This document shows, piece after piece, positions 57,445 to 64,000 of a DNA stretch of 64,000 bases (positions are counted from its first letter, which is position 1; every line of letters starts with the position of its first letter). Origin of the DNA: an uncultured Cytophagales bacterium (GTDB lineage Bacteria; Bacteroidota; Bacteroidia; Cytophagales; JAAEPT01); NCBI GenBank assembly GCA_963736575.1, contig CAVTPD010000001.1, forward strand, positions 790,340 through 854,339. Reading direction: 5' to 3'. The notes beneath the pieces are model-generated. The model had not been told where the DNA came from, did no database searches, and was given only the letters and a program-made list of their open reading frames with translations. Made by a program: the position numbers and the translations under genes.

Positions 57445-59355
57445 TTAGTATTTAACTACCTCTAGTAGTTTTTTTACTTCGGAAACAATGTTTTCTGGAG
57501 CATAACCGCATTCGGCGTGCAATTCTCCTTGTTCACCGTGTTCTACAATTCGGTCGGGAATACCTAATCGTTTTATAGAACCTTTATAATTGTTATCGGC
57601 TGCGTATTCTAAAATAGCTGTGCCAAACCCGCCAGGCAAGCAACCGTCTTCTAGGGTTATTATTTTAGAATATTTTCTAAAAATTTCATCTAATAGACTT
57701 TCGTCTAAAGGTTTTACAAACCTCATATCAAACACTGCCGGTATAATGTCTTCAGTTGCTAAAATGGTTCTGGCTATTAAAGCGTAATTTCCTACGTGGC
57801 CAAAACTTAAAATAGCTACTTCGGTACCATTAGCAATCTGATGGCCCTTACCAATTTCAATTTCATTAAATGGTTTTTTCCAATCAACCATTACGCCTTT
57901 TCCTCTTGGGTACCGAATAGAAAACGGACCTTGATTAGGTAATTGGGCGGTATACATTAAGTTTCTTAACTCTTCTTCGTTAAGGGGGGCACTTACTACC
58001 AAATTAGGGATACACCTCATGTAAGCAATGTCGTATGCGCCATGGTGTGTTGGCCCATCTGCACCAGCAATACCAGCACGGTCTAAACAAAAAACCACAT
58101 TAAGGTTTTGTATGCAAACATCATGTATTACTTGGTCATATGCACGTTGCATAAAACTAGAATAGATGTTGCAAAATGGAACAAGATCCATTGAGGCTAA
58201 TCCAGCACTAAATGTTACCGCATGTTGTTCTGCAATACCTACGTCAAAGGCTCTCTCTGGCATTTTTTCCATCATAAGATTTAATGACGAACCAGAAGGC
58301 ATAGCGGGAGTGATCCCCATTATTTTATCGTTTTTTTCAGCCAATTCAATAATAGAAATGCCAAAAACATCTTGGTATTTGGGTGGTTGCGGGTCAGTTA
58401 TTATAGGTTTGAAAATCTCTCCCGTTTCAGGGTTAAATTTACCCGGCGCATGCCAAAGTGTTTGTTCTTTTTCGGCTAAAGCAAAACCTTTACCTTTTGT
58501 GGTAATACAATGTAAAATCTTAGGTCCGGGTATGTTTTTAAGATCACGTAATACACTAACTAAATGGTCAATATCATGCCCGTCTACAGGTCCAAAGTAT
58601 CTTAAGTTTAAGGATTCAAAAAGGTTGCTGTGTTCCATAACAGAGCCTTTAAGGGCTTTGTCTATGTTAGAAGCTACTTCCTGCGCATTTTTACCAAACT
58701 TGGAAACTTTGCCTAAAATTTTCCAAATCTCGTCCCTAACTTTATTGTATGTCTTAGAAGCACGTATATCTGTTAGATAATCTTTCAAGGCACCCACATT
58801 AGGGTCAATTGCCATGCAGTTATCATTCAGTACTATTAATAAATTGCTGTTAGAAACACCAGCGTGGTTCATGGCTTCAAAAGCCATACCAGCTGTTAAT
58901 GCACCGTCACCAATTACGGCAATGTGCTGTCTGTCTTTTTCGTTTTTGTAATCTGAAGCTACAGCCATTCCTAAAGCGGCAGAAATAGAAGTAGAGGAAT
59001 GCCCCACGCCAAAAGCATCGTATTCACTTTCAGACATTTTAGGAAAGCCAGACATACCTTTGTAATGTCGGTTGGTATGAAATTTTTTTCTTCTCCCCGT
59101 TAAAATTTTGTGTCCGTAAGCCTGGTGCCCCACATCCCAAATTAACTTATCGGTAGGGGTGTTAAATACATAATGCAAGGCTACCGTTAATTCAATTACA
59201 CCAAGACTAGCCGCAAAATGGCCACCATTTACAGAAACGGACTCTACAATATATTTTCTTAACTCTTCACAAATTTGCAAAAGTTCTTCCCGAGGAAGCT
59301 TTCGTAAGTCTTCAGGAGTATCAATTTTAGCTAATAATTTACCCGGGTTAACCAA
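57445..59355 (-). CDS. dxs: 1-deoxy-D-xylulose-5-phosphate synthase
   Basis: 636 aa with GHFAASLG, DVGHQAY and the TPP motif GDGALTAGMAFEAMN. TTG start. Confidence 0.95.
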   Translation of the reverse strand: MVNPGKLLAKIDTPEDLRKLPREELLQICEELRKYIVESVSVNGGHFAASLGVIELTVALHYVFNTPTDKLIWDVGHQAYGHKILTGRRKKFHTNRHYKGMSGFPKMSESEYDAFGVGHSSTSISAALGMAVASDYKNEKDRQHIAVIGDGALTAGMAFEAMNHAGVSNSNLLIVLNDNCMAIDPNVGALKDYLTDIRASKTYNKVRDEIWKILGKVSKFGKNAQEVASNIDKALKGSVMEHSNLFESLNLRYFGPVDGHDIDHLVSVLRDLKNIPGPKILHCITTKGKGFALAEKEQTLWHAPGKFNPETGEIFKPIITDPQPPKYQDVFGISIIELAEKNDKIMGITPAMPSGSSLNLMMEKMPERAFDVGIAEQHAVTFSAGLASMDLVPFCNIYSSFMQRAYDQVIHDVCIQNLNVVFCLDRAGIAGADGPTHHGAYDIAYMRCIPNLVVSAPLNEEELRNLMYTAQLPNQGPFSIRYPRGKGVMVDWKKPFNEIEIGKGHQIANGTEVAILSFGHVGNYALIARTILATEDIIPAVFDMRFVKPLDESLLDEIFRKYSKIITLEDGCLPGGFGTAILEYAADNNYKGSIKRLGIPDRIVEHGEQGELHAECGYAPENIVSEVKKLLEVVKY

Positions 59356-59487
59356 TGCGCTTGTTCTTTTTTGTAGTAATCAATTTAATAATTGAAATTG
59401 ACGTACACAAAACTATATAAAAATACGCCGCTCTATTTGTTAAAAATTAAATAATAATAAATTTGAACTGCTATTTTCGTCTAAGCT

Positions 59488-60225
59488 TTGAGTTTCGAAA
59501 TTAAATTACCGCTGTTTAAGGGTCCCTTCGATCTACTTCTTTTCCTAATTGAAAGAGATGAATTAGATGTCTATGATATTCCTATATCTAAAATAACAGG
59601 CGATTTTTTAGAATATGTTCAGCATTTAGAAAAGCTTAATGTAGAGGTAGCCAGCGAATTTATTTTAGTAGCAGCTTCGTTAATGCGGATTAAGGCTAAA
59701 ATGTTAGTGCCAAGGCCCGAATTGGATGAACAAGGGAATGAAATTGATCCTAGAGAAGAATTAGTTCAAAAGCTTTTAGAATATAAAAAGTACAAATCTG
59801 TTATTGTAGATTTGGAAAAAATGGAGCACGAAGAGTTGCTAAAAGAATCTAGAGGAAATGTAGAAAAGGAACTGAAAACTATTATTAACGATGCCAGTGG
59901 TGAATGGGAAATGCACGATGCAGATATGTTTAAACTGCTGAAAGTATTTCAGAAGGTGTTAATGAGGTACCAGTCAAATAGTGAGAAAATGGTGCATAAA
60001 GTGGTGCAGTTTTCGTATACTATTACAGAACAGAAACAATTGATTTTAGACAAAGTAAAAGAAAAGAAACGTTTTTCTTTTACAGAATTAATAGAAGATA
60101 ATCCAGATAAAGTAGCCGTGATTTTTAATTTTCTGGCTATTCTTGAAATGTTAAATCAAAGACTGATAGAAATTAATATTGGGCTAGGGTATAATAATTT
60201 TTGGATTACTGAGGGCGAAGAATAA
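59488..60225 (+). CDS. scpA: segregation and condensation protein A
   Basis: FKGPFDLLLFLIERDELDVYDIPISKIT. TTG start. Confidence 0.85.
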   Translation: MSFEIKLPLFKGPFDLLLFLIERDELDVYDIPISKITGDFLEYVQHLEKLNVEVASEFILVAASLMRIKAKMLVPRPELDEQGNEIDPREELVQKLLEYKKYKSVIVDLEKMEHEELLKESRGNVEKELKTIINDASGEWEMHDADMFKLLKVFQKVLMRYQSNSEKMVHKVVQFSYTITEQKQLILDKVKEKKRFSFTELIEDNPDKVAVIFNFLAILEMLNQRLIEINIGLGYNNFWITEGEE

Positions 60226-61295
60226 TGAGTACAAACAAAGAACAAAGTGAGATTTTAGGAACCTTCGATAGTAAAAAAGTTGCCTTAGCAGTTTTGTTGG
60301 GTTTTGCTGTTACGGGTTGGTTGTTCTATGGGCAAATTAAAGATACCGACACTTCTGATTTCGGTCAATATTTTTCTAATTTAAATATTACTTGGATTTT
60401 CTTAACTTTTTTGGTGATGTTCTCAAGGGATTTCGGGTATGTATATAGAATTCGTCAGCTAACTCAAGAAGAACTTACATGGAAAGGCAGTGTCTATGTA
60501 ATTTTATTGTGGGAGTTTGCTTCAGCAGTGACGCCCTCCGTTGTGGGAGGTACTGCAGTAGCGGTTTTCTTATTAAACAAAGAAGGAATTACATTTGGTA
60601 AATCATTAGCCTACGTTATGTTAACGGCAATTTTAGACAACAGCTTCTTCTTAATTGCAGCACCGTTGGCATTTATTTTAACCGAAGGCGAAATATTTCC
60701 AAACTTGTCTATAGGTACTACTTTTAATATGAAATACTTATTCTATTTAAGTTATTCATTAATTGCTGTTTATACCGTGTTTATGAGTTTTTCCATCTTA
60801 TTTGCCCCCAAAGCTTTTAGAACAGGGATTTTAGTAATAGTTAATTTCTTTTACCGCTTAACAGCTTGGAAAGTACTTATTAAGCTAAGAATGAAAGTAA
60901 GAGAATATTACGATGATATTATTATAGCTTCTAAACAATTAAAAAACAAGACGGTTTCTTATTGGGCAAAAGCCATTATTTCTACAGCATTTATTTGGTC
61001 GGCTAGGTATTTTACACTGAACTGCATTATAGCCTCATTTAAACCTAATTTTTCTTTATTAGACCATTATGATGCCTTTTCTAAACAAATAATACTTTGG
61101 GTTACCCAATTGGTTTCACCTACACCTGGGGGAGCTGGTTTTGCAGAATACTTTCTTCAGCAATTATTTGGCGGGGGTACCTTAATCTTGATAATTGCAC
61201 TTACTTGGCGTTTTTTTACGTATTACGCTTATCTATTTGCAGGTTCTGCTGTTTTGCCAAGATGGATTAAACGGGCTTTAAATACTAAAAACTAA
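60225..61295 (+). CDS. UPF0104 / lysylphosphatidylglycerol-synthase-TM-like (flippase-like) membrane protein
   Basis: 356 aa with about 8 TM helices, containing SPTPGGAGFAEY. Confidence 0.7.
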   Translation: MSTNKEQSEILGTFDSKKVALAVLLGFAVTGWLFYGQIKDTDTSDFGQYFSNLNITWIFLTFLVMFSRDFGYVYRIRQLTQEELTWKGSVYVILLWEFASAVTPSVVGGTAVAVFLLNKEGITFGKSLAYVMLTAILDNSFFLIAAPLAFILTEGEIFPNLSIGTTFNMKYLFYLSYSLIAVYTVFMSFSILFAPKAFRTGILVIVNFFYRLTAWKVLIKLRMKVREYYDDIIIASKQLKNKTVSYWAKAIISTAFIWSARYFTLNCIIASFKPNFSLLDHYDAFSKQIILWVTQLVSPTPGGAGFAEYFLQQLFGGGTLILIIALTWRFFTYYAYLFAGSAVLPRWIKRALNTKN

Positions 61296-61681
61296 GGGGT
61301 TATTCTAAAAGTATAAATCTCTGAAGGTTTTGGGACATTTGAAAAAACATAATAAACTACCAAAGAAGGACTTTCTTTTTTAACGAGGTAATAATATTTA
61401 ATAGCACTTTTTTTGTTGTTGAAGCATTTATACTTCTCACCACCAATGTCTAACAAATTAAGATTTTCTTCCGTAAAATTTTTATAGCGTATCTCTAGCG
61501 TCTTGAACTCGTCTTTAGCCTCATCTTCAATTTTTATTTCTGCGAAGCTTAAGCCGTTAACAGGTTTTTTTTCCTGTTGCTGACCATAACAAACGTTTTG
61601 GCAAAAACTGATTATCAGTGTGATAATGATATGTATTCCGAAAAATCTCACGCTTTCCATTATAAAGGTAATTATATTCAT
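61292..61681 (-). CDS. hypothetical exported protein
   Basis: 129-aa ORF with an N-terminal hydrophobic segment. Confidence 0.5.
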   Translation of the reverse strand: MNIITFIMESVRFFGIHIIITLIISFCQNVCYGQQQEKKPVNGLSFAEIKIEDEAKDEFKTLEIRYKNFTEENLNLLDIGGEKYKCFNNKKSAIKYYYLVKKESPSLVVYYVFSNVPKPSEIYTFRITP

Positions 61682-61827
61682 AAAAATTATCTCTTGAATT
61701 AAAGAAATATTTACTTACCTAGACGAACGGTAAATATAAAAGTAACACTCTTTAATGTTTACTTTAGGAAGTGAAATTTTAAAAAAGCATTTAATTGTAA
61801 TAATTTAGCTGCGATCAAAAGTGATGT

Positions 61828-62856
61828 ATGGATTTATTTACGATGGAAAATCTAGAAGGTTTAAAGACTCTTCTTTTTAAACCGAAAAAGGTTTTTATTA
61901 CTACTCATCCAAGACCAGATGCAGATGCGCTTGGTTCTTCCCTTGGGTTAGCCAATTATCTTAAAAAATTCGGGCACGATGTAACTGTTGTGACACCAAC
62001 CTCTTATCCAGAATTTATTACGTGGATGAAGGGTAATGATGAAGTCATAATTTATAAAGGTAATGAGGAGAAAGCTAAGCAACTTCTAGACAAAGCCGAG
62101 CTAATTTTCTGTTTAGACTTTTGCAATCTCAATAGAATAGATGAACTGGGTGATCTAATACGTGAAAAGTCCACTACACCTAAAGTATTAATTGATCACC
62201 ATATAGATCCAGAGGATTTCTCTGAATTTAAACTTTGGAGCTCTAAAGCGTCTGCCACCGCAGAATTAATCTATGATTTTATTCTTCAGATGGGCGATGA
62301 AGATAAAATAGATGTAGACATTGCAGAATGTATTTATGCGGGTATTATGACCGATACCGGTTCTTTTAGATTCCCTGCAACATCACCCAAAGTACATTTA
62401 ATAATTGCAGAACTTATTAAAAAAGGGGTAGATAATGCCAAGATTCACCGTTTAGTTTATGATAATAATTCTGAAATAAGACTACGTTTCTTAGGACACT
62501 GCCTTTCTAATTTACTAGTTGTAAAACAAGAATTAGGAGCCGCCTATATTGCAATTCCGTTAGCAGATAAAAAGAGGTTTGATGCAAAGTTAGGCGATAC
62601 CGAAGGGATTGTAAATTATGCACTATCCATTAAGGGAATTAAGTTTGCTACCATGATTAAGGAAGAAGTAGACATGGTGAAATTTTCATTCCGTTCAACA
62701 GGAGAATTTTCTGTAAACGAATTTGCCAGAGACAATTTTAATGGAGGTGGCCATAAAAATGCAGCAGGGGGTAGATCCGATTTAAGTTTTAAAGAAACTA
62801 TTGCAAAATTTGAAACGCTGTTAGAGCGTTATAAAGACAAAATTATTAATTCCTAA
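61828..62856 (+). CDS. DHH-family phosphoesterase (NrnA-like oligoribonuclease/pAp phosphatase)
   Basis: HPRPDADALGS, DHH and GGGHKNAAGG. Confidence 0.85.
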   Translation: MDLFTMENLEGLKTLLFKPKKVFITTHPRPDADALGSSLGLANYLKKFGHDVTVVTPTSYPEFITWMKGNDEVIIYKGNEEKAKQLLDKAELIFCLDFCNLNRIDELGDLIREKSTTPKVLIDHHIDPEDFSEFKLWSSKASATAELIYDFILQMGDEDKIDVDIAECIYAGIMTDTGSFRFPATSPKVHLIIAELIKKGVDNAKIHRLVYDNNSEIRLRFLGHCLSNLLVVKQELGAAYIAIPLADKKRFDAKLGDTEGIVNYALSIKGIKFATMIKEEVDMVKFSFRSTGEFSVNEFARDNFNGGGHKNAAGGRSDLSFKETIAKFETLLERYKDKIINS

Positions 62857-63743
62857 TGCGAGTATTCTTATTCAGCTGTTTAATTGGTATTGCACATCTT
62901 CTGTTCTCACAGTCCGATTACCGTTTAACAGAACACAATCTAAAATTTAACTTTTTAAAAGATTCTGCTGGTAAAACAGCAAATATAGGTGATCTAGTAA
63001 GCTTACACATGGTAATGGAAGCTCCCGATGGTAAGGTGTTAAGAAGTACTTATCAAGAAGGTAAACCTTTGCTTTTCCCTGTAAAAGTATCGGTATTTGA
63101 AGGTGACTTATACGAAGCCGTTTCTTTAATGTCTAATGGTGACAGTGCTGCTTTTCTAATTCGGGCAGATAGTATGTACGCTAAGGTGTTTAAAAAACCG
63201 TTACCAGATGAATCTATGGAAGGAAAAGACTTAAAGTTTACCATTAAAAGCATTGAAGTCAGTTCCCAAAAACAATATTTAGAACAACAGGTAAAAAAAA
63301 GGGAGCAATTTGACGATAATCACAAGGCAGAGATTTCAAAACACATAAAGGCAGACGATAAATTTCTGAAGCAGTATTTTGAGAGTAATTATGCTGGTAA
63401 ATATTCCATCACAGAACACGGTGTTTATTACACGCTTTTTGAAGAAGGTACAGGTAATAAACCTAAACAAGGTGAAACGGTTTTATTTCATTATACCTGT
63501 ACAGATAAAAATGGAAATAAGATAGAATCCTCCTACGATGGTGCTGGGCATCCTTCTTATTTTATTATGGGAGACGGGCAAGTGATACCTGGTTGGGAAG
63601 AAGTATTTAAGTATCTAAAAACAGGTTCTTACGCTAAAATTGGGGTTCCTGCTCATATGGCCTATGGCCCATTAAAAAAAGGTGAAAAAATACCGCCATA
63701 TTCCATTTTGTTTTTTGAGGTAAAATTGATTTCATCTAAATAA
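62856..63743 (+). CDS. FKBP-type peptidyl-prolyl isomerase (two FKBP-like halves)
   Basis: GETVLFHYTCTD...GQVIPGWEE...PPYSILFFEVKL. Confidence 0.8.
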   Translation: MRVFLFSCLIGIAHLLFSQSDYRLTEHNLKFNFLKDSAGKTANIGDLVSLHMVMEAPDGKVLRSTYQEGKPLLFPVKVSVFEGDLYEAVSLMSNGDSAAFLIRADSMYAKVFKKPLPDESMEGKDLKFTIKSIEVSSQKQYLEQQVKKREQFDDNHKAEISKHIKADDKFLKQYFESNYAGKYSITEHGVYYTLFEEGTGNKPKQGETVLFHYTCTDKNGNKIESSYDGAGHPSYFIMGDGQVIPGWEEVFKYLKTGSYAKIGVPAHMAYGPLKKGEKIPPYSILFFEVKLISSK

Positions 63744-63769
63744 AAAACTTTGACAATAGAAGCAGCGTT

Positions 63770-63803
63770 AAGGAGGTTCTAATAGGACCTCCTTTTGTTT
63801 TTT
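63770..63803 (+). terminator. rho-independent terminator
   Basis: Stem AAGGAGGT/ACCTCCTT followed by TTGTTTTTT. Confidence 0.7.
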
Positions 63804-63927
63804 AATTCAGGAAGTTGTCTTTTGGGTTTCATGGGTGTAGATTTGAATAATTGTTTGGGCACAATCTTTTGTAGAGTACTCAAATGTTAGTAGTTATAGA
63901 AAATTCAACAATCACAGAATAAAAGAA

Positions 63928-64000
63928 ATGATAATAGAACCTAAAACTCGTGGGTTTATTTGTACCACATCTCACCCAGAAGGATGCGAAAAAAGTGTTT
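63928..64000 (+). CDS. fabV: enoyl-ACP reductase FabV, N-terminal fragment (runs off the window)
   Basis: [24 protein letters not shown] matches the conserved FabV N-terminus. Confidence 0.7.
   Translation, partial: MIIEPKTRGFICTTSHPEGCEKSV

Noticed and set aside
58166-58780. A 204-aa plus-strand ORF within dxs. Other long antisense ORFs occur at 38910-39230, 40845-41240, 42613-42906 and 49031-49333.
   Set aside because: The opposite strand encodes highly conserved housekeeping proteins with clear motifs. These are shadow ORFs.

Overview
This is a low-GC Bacteroidota (Flavobacteriia-like) chromosomal segment. The lineage call rests on Por-type and type-B T9SS C-terminal domains, a PorP/SprF gene, frequent TTG starts and the gene content. 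The window has three parts. (1) 1-7.6 kb holds a tRNA-Arg, a PP2C phosphatase module, and an ECF sigma / anti-sigma / LRR cargo operon divergent from a PorP/SprF gene. (2) 7.7-31.7 kb is an accessory array of eight secreted polysaccharide-active genes: GH30, GH43, GH10, GH43-AXH, SASA esterase, GH9, an LVIVD propeller protein, a propeller/di-haem protein and a CE1 esterase. All end in a T9SS sorting domain, and all but the GH9 and the di-haem protein carry CBM6 modules. No SusC/SusD pair or regulator lies in the window. Four of these genes are broken by about 12 frameshifts, and a small insertion (orphan gene, REP-like hairpins, transposase remnant) splits the array. (3) 31.9-64 kb is mostly housekeeping (dapA, ligA, dxs, thiG, ftsE, scpA, fabV start, SRP RNA). 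It also contains a TIGR04282/TIGR04283-like transferase neighbourhood and a sulfur-handling cluster whose three transcription units each carry a TGTGA-N6-TCAC box 54-55 nt upstream of the start codon. No CRISPR array, rRNA, integrase or intact transposase was seen. All family names come from recognising motifs by eye, not from searches.
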